A DNA stretch of 64,000 nucleotides from Octopus vulgaris (Eukaryota): positions 24,490,001-24,554,000 of the forward strand of contig OX597831.1 of assembly GCA_951406725.2 (NCBI GenBank), read 5' to 3'. Positions 1-12,908 of the stretch are shown here, one piece after another (the first letter of the stretch is position 1; every line of letters starts with the position of its first letter). The notes beneath the pieces were generated by a model. It was not told the DNA's origin, did no database searches, and worked only from the letters and a program-made list of their open reading frames with translations. The position numbers and the translations under genes are program-made.

Positions 1-710
1 ATATATATATGATAAAAATAAAAGATTCCAAACAAGTCTAAGTAAATTAATCTGGTCTGTTAAAGACAGAAACAAAGACTATACTATACTGTCTGTTGGG
101 AATTAATTAGTACTGCAAAACCATACAAACTAGGAACTAATAAATATGACCTATGTTTAGAAGAATTTTAGCAAATTTTTACATCTAAGGGAAATATAAT
201 AAATTCTAGACAGGAACAAATTGTAAGATGCTTGCACGTCAGAAAATTCATCTTTACTCAGTATAAATGAGTAATATACATTTAAGCAACATGCTTTGAA
301 GTAACAGGCTATAAGTGATTGTCCAATCAAAACTTGAGTTGAAGATAGCTCATGTCTAAATTAATGAACAATTCTATATTATACAACGCTGAGTTGGTAA
401 GTGAAAAACTTTAAATGATTAAATCAAATGATATTAAAGTGAAAACTCTGAAGGTACTGCACCAGTATTATAGTAGAGTTGCAATTACGACTGTTAGTAA
501 TTGATGCAGTTAAAACATGTATAGGTTTATGTAAAGCTGTATATATAAAAAGGAATTAAAGGTAATGTTATGTCACTTTGTAATAATCCTTATTATTATT
601 GATATACACATATACATACAGATATATATACATACACACACACACATATATAAATATATACACACATGCACACACACACATGTATACACATACACACACA
701 CACGTGCATG

Positions 711-923
711 TGAGGGGGTACTGAAAATTTGCCAGCTTTGAGGGTACCATGAAAGGTCTGGTTGGAGGCCCAACCTTCCAAGTTCTTTTGCAGAGCTTCG
801 GAAACCTGAAGGACCACTGCAATAAGTGAGTGGATTTGAGAAGGGAATATACTGAATAGAATCATATTTAACTGATCCTTCTGTATTTTCCTTTACCTAA
901 ACCCTGGAACTTTGCAGCACCCC

Positions 924-927
<4 letters not shown>
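711..927 (+). mobile_element. mariner-derived MITE (~220 bp) retaining decayed transposase C-terminus
   Basis: TIRs tgagggggtactgaaa / tttgcagcaccccttca; internal frame ...LKDHCNK*VDLRREYTE* resembles a mariner C-terminus; 3 more copies in window. Confidence 0.8.
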
Positions 928-961
<34 letters not shown>

Positions 962-1127
962 AACACATATAATCATTATCATTGTTTTTTCCATAATTGC
1001 ATGGGTGAGATATAAGACTCCATTGAAACAGATTTTTCTGTAACTGAGTGATTTTACTGTTACAAACCATAATCTGTTTTCTGACAAAGCAATATTTCTC
1101 TTCGTCTTTTGAACAATAAACAGCCCA

Positions 1128-1740
1128 GATATGTGCTGGTGTGGTTGTGTAGTAAGAAGCTTGCTTCCCAACCACATGTTTCTGGGTTCAATCTCACTCC
1201 ATAGTACCTTTAGCAAGTGTCTTCTGTTATAACCTGGGGCTGACCAAAGCCTTGTGAGTGGATTTGGAAGATGGAAACTGAAAAAAGCCGATCGTATATA
1301 TATGTGTGTGTGTACATGTGCGTGTGTTTTGCCATTCACCTTGGTGTTGTTTTGCTTGCATCTGCATAACCTAGCATTTCAGCCAAAGAGACTGATAGAA
1401 TAAGTACTGGTGTTAAGGTGGCGAGCTGGCAGAAACGTTAGCACACCGGGCGAAATGCTTAACAGTATTTTGTCTGCCACTATGTTCTGAGTTCAAATTC
1501 TGCTGGGGTCGACTTAGCCTTTCATTCTTGCAGGATCGATTAAATAAGCACCAGTTAGGCACTGGGGTCGTTATAATCGACTTAATCCCTTTGTCTGTCC
1601 TTGTTTGTCTTCTCTGCTTTTAGCCCCTAGTGAGCAATAAAGAAATAAGAATAAGTACTGGTGTTAATTTGTTCAAGGTGGTGCCCAAGGTGGTGCCCAA
1701 GCATGGCCACAGTCTGAAAACTAAAACGTAAACGCTAAAT
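1128..1740 (+). mobile_element. tRNA-derived SINE family A (possibly octopus OK-like), interrupted by a nested family B SINE
   Basis: tRNA-like head gtggttgtgtagtaagaagcttgc...ggttcaatctc, body shared with many other copies, tail cagcatggccacagtc. Confidence 0.85.
1417..1647 (+). mobile_element. SINE family B (Meta/MESC-domain-like) nested in family A
   Basis: 20-bp TSD agaataagtactggtgttaa at 1397-1416 and 1648-1667; B-box gagttcaaattc; core gcctttcatt...gatcgattaaataagcaccag. Confidence 0.9.
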
Positions 1741-2582
1741 GAATAAGAAGAAAAGTACCAAATATATTAACTCTACATGATCTGTGGAAGATTTTATTTA
1801 GTTGGTAGTAACATTGCATTGATGTTAGATTGAATATGGACGCCCGTAATAGGAAAACTGCTATAAATATTAAAAAATAAATTTCTCAATTTCTGTCTTG
1901 ACAGTTGATAACTTTCTGGAAGCATCTGTTATGTCATTGCAAAGATAATAGGTATTGGTCTCGAGAATAAATTACTGTTTATCTCATTTTTGTAGACAAA
2001 TTTGTTGCTTACGCCTGCTTAATGAATCATTTGTACAGTTAGAGAATTTGTAGTGGCTGTCTGGTGTTCCACAAATGAGAAATGTCTTGTGAAGTATCCA
2101 TTTAGTAAGATTCTTGAAACGTGCCCAATAAGTTATGTTTTAGCTGCAATAGATTTTCTTTGACAATTGTTCTGTTATGGTGTACATCTTATCAATTTAT
2201 TCTGTGTGCTGTTCTAAATTAGTTTATATTTCATGAGGAATCAATATGATATTAAGGTGCCTGGACATAATAAACATGTGGTAGGTAGGAGGATAGAGAA
2301 TCTGGGAAAGGTAGAAGAGGGGACAACCTTTTGGATTCTGTGTAGATTACATCATAACGTGATTGGTTGAGACAGACACCTTAATTGGCATGATTTTATA
2401 TATCTTCTTCTTTTCATATACATGCACCCACAATTGCACACTCATTCTTGCATAAACTCACAAAATCATTTACAAGCACAAACACTATTGCATACATGAA
2501 TGCCATCAAAAAGTCTTTAATGCCATCGAAAAAGTCTTTAATGTTTTTCTTCATCTTATTAGAAATAATTGTTAAATTTTCC

Positions 2583-3110
2583 ACGGGTGTGGCTGTCTGG
2601 TAACAAACATGATTCCAAATCACATGGTTCTGGGTTCAGTCCCACTGCATGGTCCCATGGGCAAGTGTCTTCTACTATAGCCCTTGGGCTGACCAAAGCC
2701 TTGTGAAACTGAAAAAAGCCCATTGTGGTGCATCATTATTTAGCCTGAAATTGGACCAAATTGAACAGGCCCATGATCAAAGGCACTCCAGAAATGGCCA
2801 TCTCTTCTTATCAGGATAAGTACACGCAAAACATAATAATAGGCATGTCCATTTTTTAAAGATGACAGGCTGTAGTTTAACTTTGATATTTCCCTTGTTT
2901 CAGTCATTAGATTGTGGCCATGCTGGGGCACTGCCTTGAAGGGTTTCAGTTAAATTAATATATTTATGTGTGCTTGTATTTGTGCCTTTGTTCATCCCTC
3001 ACCACCTCTTGACAACTGGTGTTGCGTTTATGTCCCTGTAACTTAGCTGTTCAGCAAAAGAGACCAATAGAATAAGTACCAGGCTTAAAAAGTAAATTTA
3101 ACACTGGAAT
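2583..3110. mobile_element. fragmented family A SINE pieces, both orientations
   Basis: head 2583-2720 (+), inverted tail ~2893-2950, 3' half 2965-3110 (+). Confidence 0.7.
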
Positions 3111-3117
3111 TGATTCA

Positions 3118-3245
3118 TTAGGAATGAGAACCCAGGTTCGAAATTTTCCCAAAACGCCTGAAGGCTGGAGGGTATATCAGCTGAAATGTTGTGTTACCAA
3201 CAAACAAGATGAGGACAAATATCTGTCGAATGTAAATAATGTACG
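3118..3245 (+). mobile_element. Penelope-like terminal fragment with degenerate hammerhead ribozyme
   Basis: same family as 34608-34785; CTGA(TGA deleted)-aggctg...cagct-GAAA-tgtt-gtgt. Confidence 0.65.
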
Positions 3246-3314
3246 ATTACTTTGTGCCCAAACTGGCACCAGTATCACAAATACCCCATGAGATTATTAA
3301 ATAAGATAATTATT

Positions 3315-3740
3315 AGGTGCAGGAGTGGCTGTGTGGTATATAGCTTGTTTACCAACCACATGGTTCCAGATTCAGTCCCACTGCGTGGCACCTTGGGCAA
3401 GTGTCTTCTACTATAGCCTCAGGCCGACCAAAGCCATGTGAATGGATTTGGTAGACAGAAACTGAAAGAAGCCCATCGCATATATGTATATATATATATA
3501 TATATATATGCGTGTGTGTGTGTTTGTGTGTCCTTGTTTGTCCCCTTAGCATTGCTTGACAACCGATTCTGGTGTGTTTATGTCGTCGTTACTTAGCAGT
3601 TCGGCAAAAGAGACCGATAGAATAAGTACTGGGCTTCCAAAAGAATAAGTCCCGGGGTTGAGTTGCTCGATTAAAGGTGGTGCTCCAGCATGGCCGCAGT
3701 CAAATGACTGAAACAAGTAAAAGAGTAAAAGAGTAAAGAG
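3315..3740 (+). mobile_element. full-length family A SINE
   Basis: head ggtgcaggagtggctgtgtggt, internal TA/TG microsatellite, tail gactgaaacaagtaaaagagtaaaagagt. Confidence 0.9.
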
Positions 3741-3899
3741 AGATTAGCAAGCAACAGAAGCAGTGTTCATACTAAAAAGTGGTATTTATCCCTGCTTAAA
3801 AGTGAATGTTGTATTAGAAGACAGTTACACCAAAAGGTTCTCTCGTGGTAACTATCACAGTATTTTCTACTCTAACACATCTACTTTTAAGTGGGGATA

Positions 3900-4125
3900 A
3901 ATATTGGCTTCAAATTTTGGCAGTAAGCTAGCAATTTCAGGGAAGGGTGGTGAGCTAGGTCAATTATATCAACCCCAGTGTTCAAATGATATTTATTTTA
4001 TTGACCTCAAAAGGGTGAAGGGCAAAGTTTACCTCATCAGAATTTGAACTCAGAACATTAAGATGGAGAAAATGCTGCTAAGCATTTTGTCCCGTGTTCT
4101 AATGATTCTGCCAGTTTAATGCCTT
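3900..4125 (-). mobile_element. family B SINE, alternative tail
   Basis: gaatttgaactcagaac (reverse B-box), tail ttcaaattttggc. Confidence 0.8.
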
Positions 4126-5174
4126 AGTGAGGATGAATATTGCCTATTGAAATAATAAAGTTATTGATTTCTAACATAGGTACAGGGCCTTTGTTGATGG
4201 TGAGGTATATTTAAAAACATCGATCCTTCTTCATTCACGCTTATTTATTGAACTGTGGTTGGATAAAAGACAATGTTGGCTCAAGCAGGATTTGATCTCA
4301 GAGTCTAAGAAGATATAATTATTTCCAAAGTAATTAATTAAAATAAGATTTCTTCCATCTGTTCAATTAATTCAGTTTGTCAAAAATTGCCATGTTATAA
4401 ATTGACATTTAAAAAAAATTTTAGAAGTAAAATAGCAAAAATAAACATATTTAATTAGCATTAGGACGAAAATGAACTGATATCTGTTTATTTATCTTCT
4501 TATCTCTCTCCCTCTCTCCTTCTTTGTACACACACAAACACATATACAAACACATATATAAACACACACATACATATATATTTGTGTGTGCATGTATATG
4601 TGTATGTGTGTATACATACATTTATATATAACACACGTGTATGTGGGTATACATGTACATATGCAATTATGCATACACACAGACAATATGCACACATATA
4701 TAATATTGTTTAAAGTACAAGTAAATGCTATTTAATATAACAATATAACATAGCAACAACTTGAAGCTTCATATCTTTGGAAAAGTAATGAGAAATATTA
4801 ACCGGGGATAAAGTCCTGTGATTTTTTGTATCAGATACAAGATTACTGAAGTATATTGTATTTCGTAGATCATTAACTTCATCTGTTGTGTTCAATTCTC
4901 TATAAACTGATCAGCAGAAAATATCTAAAATAGAATCGCAAAATGTTAAGTTAGTTGTCCTGAAATTATAAACTACCTTGAATGTCTCAGATCTGACTGA
5001 CTGAAATGTAATGTTGTGTGTGTCTATATGTTGTAAATATACACTATCAAGATGAGGTTTGTAGTCAGATTTATCATAATCTTAATAAAATATAAGTAGC
5101 TCATGTCATAATTTTAGATATATAATGATTTGTATCGCTATTTTCTATTATAAGATTGAGTATATACTGTATAT

Positions 5175-5387
5175 ATATATGACCGCGTATGTATCGTTGG
5201 CGATTTTTTTTCCTCCGTCTTCCCTTCCTTGGATCTTTCTTTTTTCTATGTTTCTGATGAAGAGCTCCTCTCGAAATGTTAAATCCTCCTTCTTTCTTTC
5301 CTTTCCTGAGTGTCCAGTAACACTATACTTGTTCCACGTCCTCGCGTTGTTGTGTTTTCTCTTTGTGTTTTCATGTTTGGATTAACT
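5175..5387 (+). mobile_element. Penelope-like terminal fragment between TA tracts
   Basis: pyrimidine-rich segment flanked by (TA)n on both sides; contains hammerhead motif. Confidence 0.65.
5249..5285 (+). ncRNA. minimal type I hammerhead ribozyme motif (partly decayed)
   Basis: gttt-CTGATGA(5254-5260)-a-gag-ctcct-ctc-GAAA(5273-5276)-tgtt-aaat; stem I gttt/aaat, stem II gag/ctc. Confidence 0.7.
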
Positions 5388-5404
5388 ATATATATATATA
5401 CACA

Positions 5405-5560
5405 CTGGTGTAGCTGAGTGGTAAGAAGCATGCTTCCCAACCGAAACGTTCCAAGTTCAGTCCCACTGCATAGCACCTTGGGCAGGTGTCTATTACTAAA
5501 GCCTCAGACCAATCGAAGTGTTGTCAGTAGATTAGGTAGACAGAAACTGAAAGATGCCTT

Positions 5561-5591
<31 letters not shown>

Positions 5592-6050
5592 CTCAATATA
5601 AAATAGTGTACATTTAAACACACTAGAAACTGCCTTCAATAGGCAGTTTTACATGCTAGAAGAAGTAGTCAAAACGACCAAAACCACATTTAAGAGCAAT
5701 TTTGAAGGGAATGAAAAATAAAAACTTCTACACTTTTACCTTGTTATTTTATTACGGTCATACCTATGTATATATATATATATATATATATGTGTGTATA
5801 TACATATTTTTTATTAGCTGTTCTGGTCTATATCCATGCGTGTGTGTCCTTGTGTCTGTGTTTGATCCACCACCAGTGCTTGACAACCAATTTTGGTGTG
5901 TTTACTTAGCAGTTTTGCCAAAGAGATCGATAGAATAAGTACTAGGCTTATAAAAAAGATACTGAAGTTAATTCAGTTGAATAAAATTCTTCAAAGTGGT
6001 GCCCCAGCATGGCCACAATCTAATGAGTGAAACAAGTAAATGATAAAAGA
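5405..6050 (+). mobile_element. decayed family A SINE split by microsatellite and other sequence
   Basis: head 5405-5570, 3' half 5835-6050. Confidence 0.75.
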
Positions 6051-6337
6051 AAAGATAAGTATATAGTGATCCAGGCAGGTACTGTTCACACACTCTAGTA
6101 TAACCCAATTCCTGGTAAACCACACTGAATAATATGGAATAACTTCAGATTATTTAAGGTAAACAATCACAGGGTATTTCACCTGAGGGGTAAGTCCTGG
6201 ATTCACTTCATTTGATTGCAAATAGTTTACTGAATGTATATCCAAGACTACCCTGGGGTAGTGAGTAATGTGCTTCTTCATGACAATATGCCATCTCACA
6301 TGGTTTAGGTAACAAGACTGCCAATTGCGAACATTTA

Positions 6338-7134
6338 TCATTTAGCATTCATGTTACCCTAATTTGGGTTGTCCGGAAAGTTTGTGCCAATATATAGTAG
6401 CTTACATGTCGACTTATTTTAGAACATGGCTGAGTCCATAAAATAGAATTTGACTACATCTCCATTTAGAGCACAGTCTAAGCTATCTTTTTGTGGAAGA
6501 AGCTTTATGTTCCTATAACCTGTGTTAATTCTGTAACCCTTTAAAATGGAAGATACGAAAGTTCATTTTCGGCATTTGATGCTTTGGGAAACCCAGACAA
6601 AAATTGCTGCAGCTTGGCTGGAATGTGTTACCTCACCCTCCATATTCACCAGATATTGCTTCCTTTGGATTTCCACTTATTCAGGTCTATGCAGAATAGT
6701 CTTAATGGTAAAAATTTCAATTCCTTGGATGACGTAAAAAGATACCTTGATGAATTTTTTGCCATGAAACCACCTCAATTCTGGGAAGAGGATATTTTCA
6801 AGTTAAAGGAAAGATGGAGACACATTGTGCAACAAAATGGTTCATATTTGGTTGATTAAAAATGTAATGGCAAGTATTTATTAACCTGTTTCGTTCCTTT
6901 AAAAATCGACATGAACTTTCCGGACAACCCAATAAATGTCATACTTATTTACTCATATTTCTTTAATTACTTATGCAGTAATCTTGTGTCTCCGAGATTT
7001 TAATGAAGTGTGTTTAATATTATAATGACATTATAGGATAGGTGGGAAAGACCAGATTTGGACAGATTGGACATAAAAAATGGTAGGTACAATATTTTGG
7101 CCAGCTGTGGTTGCTTTGAATGCTAAAGGTTTAA
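6338..7134. mobile_element. probable TTAA-type MITE hosting the mariner insertion
   Basis: inverted ends tttagcattc / gaatgctaaaggtttaa around the mariner. Confidence 0.5.
6364..6932 (+). mobile_element. internally deleted mariner element
   Basis: TIRs ttgggttgtccggaaagtt / aactttccggacaacccaa+TA; N-terminal MEDTKVHFRHLMLWE fused to ..RQKLLQLGWNVLPHPPYSPDIA(fs)PLDFHLFRSMQN...RWRHIVQQNGSYLVD* (YSPDLAP motif). Confidence 0.93.
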
Positions 7135-7139
7135 ATAGC

Positions 7140-7380
7140 TACCGTACAAATTCTATTCACCATATTTTGTGCCCTGTGATGTTCACTTGATTCCGTTTTT
7201 AAAACATCCTTTGAAGGGTAGACAATTCTGTGAAGTATAACTGCAATTGACTGCAGAGTAATGGTTGGCTGAGCAGAACAAACAGTTCTATGTACGTGGC
7301 ATAAAGCAACTGCACCATCAATACAGGTAATGCATTGAAGTTTGCATTGACTTTGTTTCTGAATGAGATATTTTGTTGAG
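7140..7380 (+). pseudogene. highly decayed mariner transposase C-terminus
   Basis: translates as YSPYFVPCDVHLIPFLKHPLKGRQF...WLAEQNKQFYVRGIKQL...CIE with stops. Confidence 0.7.
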
Positions 7381-7519
7381 ATGAAATAATAAAAAAAATA
7401 TAAAAGTAAATTTTTCTACTCTAATGTCATTAAATATGCCCAACATTTAAAAGTTTACAAATACTCCCTTATATAAAAAATGCATGCACACACACATGCA
7501 CGTATGTACATTGATATAA

Positions 7520-8305
7520 GCATGACTGTGTGGTAAGAAGGTGGTGAGCTGGCAGAAACATTTGTATGCTAGGTGAAATGCTTAGCGGTATTTCGTCTGC
7601 TGCTACATTCTGAGTTCAAATTCCGCCAAGGTTGACTTTGCCTTTCATCCTTTCGGAGTCGATTAAATAAGTACCAGTTTCGCACTGGGGTCGATATAAT
7701 ATACTTAATCCGTTTGTCTGTCCTTGTTTGTCCCCTCTGTGTTTAGCCCCTTGTGGGTAGTAAAGAAATAGGTATTTCATCTGCCGCAATGTTCTGAGTT
7801 CAAATTCCGCCAGGGTCGAATTTGCCTTTCATTTAAATAAGTACCAGTTACGCATTGGGGTCGATATAATCGACTTGAACTGTTGTCCTTGTTTGTCCCC
7901 ACTGTGTGTAGCCTCTTGTGGGCAGTAAAGAAATAAGATGCTTACTTCCTGACAGCAGGATTCTGGGTTGAGGCCCACTGTGTGGCACCTAGGGCAAATG
8001 ACTTCTGCTATAGCCTCAAACCAATCAAAGCCTTCTGTTTAGATTTGGTAGGCAGAAACCGAACGAAGCCCATCATATATGCATATGCATTTGTGTGTCT
8101 TTGTGTCTGTGTTTGTCCCCTCAGCACCACTTGACAACCGATGTTGGTGTGTTTTCATTCCCATAACTTAGCTGTTTGGCAAAAGGAAACTGATAGAATG
8201 AGTACTAGGCTTAAAAAATAAATCCTGATGTCTGTTTGTTTGACTAAAACCTTTCAGCATGAAACTCCAGCATGGCCACAATCAAATGACTGTAACAAGT
8301 AATAA
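7520..8305 (+). mobile_element. family A SINE interrupted by a dimeric family B SINE (7540-7935)
   Basis: A head gtgtggtaagaa resumes at ~7936; B copy has two body units joined by gaaataggtatttc (7765-7778). Confidence 0.85.
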
Positions 8306-8436
8306 AATATATCAGACTCAGTCTCTGTGCAACAACTTGGGCAAGCATTTTCCATTATAGCCCTGAGCTGCCCAGTGCTTTATGAGTGTATGATCGAAGT
8401 TAAGGGAAATTGTTGGAAGCTCCTAGTGTATGTAAG

Positions 8437-8489
<53 letters not shown>

Positions 8490-8504
8490 ATTATTTTTTA
8501 TTTT

Positions 8505-8806
8505 TGCCTTTTTCAAGCCTAGCTAGGCTCATGGGCCCGGTTTCCCAGTTTCTGTGGCGTATGTGTTCCCCCTCAGCTGGACGGGACGCCAGTCCATTGC
8601 AGCGTTACTTAAGAAACAGGAAGAGAGAGTGAGAGAAAGTTGTGGCGAAAGAGTACAACATGGGTCACCACCACCCACTACTGGAGCCTCATGGAGCTTT
8701 TAGGTGTTTTCGGTCAATAAACACATACAATGCCCGGTCTGGGAATCAAACCGCGATCCTCTGACCACAAGTCCACTGCCCTAACCACAGGGCCATTGCG
8801 CTTCAA
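8505..8806 (-). mobile_element. tRNA-derived SINE family C with V-domain-like 3' half (possibly OR-type)
   Basis: head gcgcaatggccctgtggttagggcag, motif gcaatggactggcgtcccgtccagctg. Confidence 0.85.
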
Positions 8807-8824
8807 CAAACCTATGTGTATATG

Positions 8825-8862
<38 letters not shown>

Positions 8863-9309
8863 AATTAATAATAAGCTGAAGGAATAAGCACTAAACACTA
8901 GTAAGGTGGATCAACAATTAATGTTAATAGAAATTTTATTATTCCTAAGGTTCTAAAGGTTTCCTGTGGAGAGAGATATCACCATTTTTCAACCAGAATT
9001 CAAAATAAAAATGACTCTGTGCAGCTAACGTTGATGAGATTGTGAAGTGAGATCATGTACAACTGGAGGTATGGAGATATATAATTCTGCTTTCACACAT
9101 TTTTCTCTACCAATTTCATACACATGCATTCATTGGTCAGCCAGAAGCTATAGATAAAGACATTTATCCAAGGTTCCACACAGTAGGATTGAACCTGAAA
9201 CGATGTGGTCAGAAAGTAAGCTACTTACCATACAGCACAGTCACAACTGCAACTATGTATGTACTGGCCCATGTAAGCATAGAAAAGTTAATCTTAAATG
9301 ATAATGTTC

Positions 9310-9329
9310 ATATAGATATATATATACAT

Positions 9330-9365
<36 letters not shown>

Positions 9366-9517
9366 TTATTTATATACATATATATATACACACACACACA
9401 TATATATATATATTTATTTATATACATATATATATACATACGCATATATATACATACACATATATCTACATACACATATATATATATATAGTTATTTACA
9501 TACATATATATATACAT

Positions 9518-9604
<87 letters not shown>

Positions 9605-9620
9605 CAGAGATGTGCATACA
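9310..9620. repeat. compound (TA)n/(CA)n/(GA)n microsatellite
   Basis: direct reading. Confidence 0.95.
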
Positions 9621-10189
9621 CACATAGATAATGTGCTTACATCTATATATATGTATTAATAGGTGTAGTGCGTGTCTATGTGAATACGTGTGTGTTTGTA
9701 TGGGTATGCACACAGATAGAGAGAAAGATAGATAATTCTCTGTTCTTATTTGCTACAGTGCAATGCTAAAGAAAATGAAAACACGTTTTCATTATTTGCT
9801 TTTATAGAAAACATTGACTCGACCAATTCATTGTCCTACACTGTCAAGAATTTGAGAAATTTCACACTTGAATTCTTTTGCTGACAGAACTTATCTATGG
9901 AAGTTAATTATTTGTCTGAGAAATCCGTGATCTGCTTATCACAAAAGTACTGCTAATGATCACAAAAAGGACTGCATTTATTGGCTTGAACGATGCTCTA
10001 TCTTCTATTTATCATCAACTGAAGCCATTTATCAGTTACTTTGAAACTCTACAAGACCAAGAACTCCACAAACTTGCGCTGTTCTCTGTTTGGCTTCGCT
10101 TTTGTAGAAGAATGGTTCCATTCAGTGTCAATGCTACGATTGTACACAAAAGGCGCACAACAGATTTTCCAAGTGATAATGACTTCCTC

Positions 10190-10205
10190 TAATAATAACA
10201 GCAAC

Positions 10206-10264
<59 letters not shown>

Positions 10265-10292
10265 ATAATAATAATGAATAATAAAAATAATG

Positions 10293-10325
<33 letters not shown>
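10190..10325. repeat. (AAT)n microsatellite
   Basis: direct reading. Confidence 0.95.
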
Positions 10326-10328
<3 letters not shown>

Positions 10329-10539
10329 TGAATTTGTAATTAGGAAGATAAAGGTTAGCACTTGGCTGAATATGGTCGTAAGTAGCTATTATCCTATGCA
10401 CAGGTTCCATTAATGTTCTCATCCCCAGGAGGCCAAAGACTTAGATTGGCATCTTCCTGTGAACAACATGTTGTGATTCTTCAGTTTGAATGATATGCTC
10501 TGTATTGATGTCCAACAGTAAAGAAAAAAGTTCATCTAA

Positions 10540-10540
10540 A

Positions 10541-10573
<33 letters not shown>

Positions 10574-10915
10574 ATATATATATATATATACATATATATA
10601 TACACCTACTTATATATATATACACCTACATATATGTACACACACACACACTTTCTATGCATCTACATCCAAGTGCGTGTGGATGTATATATTTATGTAT
10701 ACACATATAAATACATAATATGCATTTTCGTATGCGTGTGTGTGTATATATATATGACATATATATGTCATATACATATGTTACATATATAATATAAATA
10801 TGCATGTTATATATGATGTATATATATATATATATATATGTATGTGTTATATATACACACACACACATATATATATATGCTTGTGATATATGTGTGTGCC
10901 TGTGTATGTATATAA
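10540..10915. repeat. degenerate TA/CA/TG microsatellite
   Basis: direct reading. Confidence 0.9.
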
Positions 10916-12104
10916 ACTGTTTGGAATATTGGTAACTTTCAAATTGATGAAATGCATCTTGTGAAATAATTAGATTTCTCTTCCACAAGACATGTCTACC
11001 TGATTTAAACTGTCAAATAAGGAACGAACCACCCCAAACAAGCTTTAAAAAAAATTATAAAAAGAGACCCATGTAAGTCATCTATAATTAATAGTATTTT
11101 AGCTATTATTGGACTTTCATCATTTTACTATTCACTTAATCATTTATTGTTTTTTGTTTTTGTTTTTTAACTTTGTTTTATTTTTGTTGTTGCTTCTTCC
11201 CTTATTTAATGCTTGTTTGCAAGAAGATATACAATGCTATTAGCCCCATAGTGTGATGGTTTCATTTCCTTTCGTGCATATTGCCTATGTGGTGTGTAGC
11301 AGATAAATCAAAACCGAACCCATTATCTCAGCCTAAGCAATGCCATATCCGTTCTCTCTCATAATCTTTAAATGGACATCCCACTGTCAATCATTGGTCT
11401 TTGGTTTGGTTAGATACAGGGCAGGGGGCAGAGTGCATTAGTGGTTGGTATGTGTCGAATTAGTGGTGGTGGTGGTGGTGGTGGAGTTGATCAAAATCAA
11501 CATTAGTTTTGAAACAGTCACCTTGCAGTTATTACAAGACTGGTTAGTAATTTTCCTTGTATTGCATGCTTTGTTCAGAGACATAAGTGACCGGACAAGT
11601 TAAATATGAATTAGCTTATTGGTCAAAGTAACTAAAGTTCATATCCGGTAACTACATAGTGCTATGCCTATAACTAATATACTTTAACTCTCAAATAACC
11701 TGCTTTGCATATTCCACTTACCTCTGTAAACAGGTAATATAGAATCAGTGTGCCTAATGGACAGCTGAAAGCTGTGGGTGGATTGTTTAATTAACAAATG
11801 TTATCATTAGTTTAGAGTAACGAGTTTAAAGAAATCCCCCAGGAGGAAAATTATCCCATATTTACTTAAACTTGTGAAGTCAGAGCTAAGCTCTCTTAGA
11901 GTTTAGAAAACATTTTATATGGAGCAATCTGTTTATTCTGTGTACATCAGTCCTCCTGTGAATGAAGGTATCAGATCTTTGCTAAATATAACGAACAACA
12001 GGTCTACCATGAAAGCAGAACAAAGGACTATTTCTCAGAGACCCTTGGAGAAGTTGGGATTTTGCTGCAGAAAAACTAAGGTTTTACTGTTGTTTTTTGA
12101 TGTT

Positions 12105-12282
12105 TTAATGTTAAGGGAATATATTTATACTCCTTGTTTGGGATTGGCTTCTTTGTAATTTTCGAATAATGGTCTCAAAGTGACGAAAATATTTCGGCAA
12201 ATTAAATTTAAATGTTGAAGTGAATCTAACAGTTTTGTGTGTTTCTTAAATGGCTTATAAACACCTTCCACGCTGCAATTGA
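12105..12282 (+). mobile_element. possible Penelope-like terminal fragment
   Basis: gtc-tcaaagt-gac-GAAA-atatt-TC hammerhead-like remnant at ~12160-12200; CUGANGA box lost. Confidence 0.4.
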
Positions 12283-12285
12283 TAT

Positions 12286-12816
12286 TATTAAAGTTTTAGC
12301 CCAAAAGTTCTTTTTGTAAAAACATGGTGTGTTTTCCATTGTATCTTGCAAAGATTATTTCTAAACTAAATCATTAAAAATACAATTAACTGTGGCAAAA
12401 ATAAATACATTTTGTTAAGCTTTCATTGTACTGTATAGTGTATAAGGTTTGGTAGTTTAATACACCCTGGGCTGAAGAGAGATTTCTTGACTCACATCCG
12501 ACAAACAAATGGGTGACCTCGAGTGTATGTGTGACCCATATTTAGGTTTGGCTTCCTTACACTCTTCCCTTTTGAGTTTATTAAAGTTTTAGCCTGAGAG
12601 TTCGTTTCATTGAAAGAAGGAGTGTTTTCCATTATATCTTACTGAGATTATTTCTAAATTAAATCTTCGAAAATACAATTGACTGCTGCCAAAATAAATA
12701 CGTTTTGTTAAGCTTTCATTGCACTGCATTGTAATAGGTTTTGGTAGTATACTATACACTGGGTTGAAGATCGATTTCTTGTTTCACATCCGACTAACAA
12801 ATGGGTGACCTGAGTG
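12286..12816. repeat. diverged tandem duplication, two ~240-bp copies with ~293-bp spacing
   Basis: ttattaaagttttagcc...cacatccgac.aacaaatgggtgacct at 12286-12525 and 12579-12816. Confidence 0.9.
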
Positions 12817-12908
12817 AGATAAAGAGGAATTTTATTTTACTTTTATAGATACAGAGTGTGTCCAAAGATGTTAGATTCTTCTCTTCATAATATATAAACT
12901 TATCCAGG

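Noticed and set aside
9956-10192. 78-aa plus-strand ORF with protein-like composition
   Set aside because: No recognisable motif or good splice acceptor; length within chance expectation
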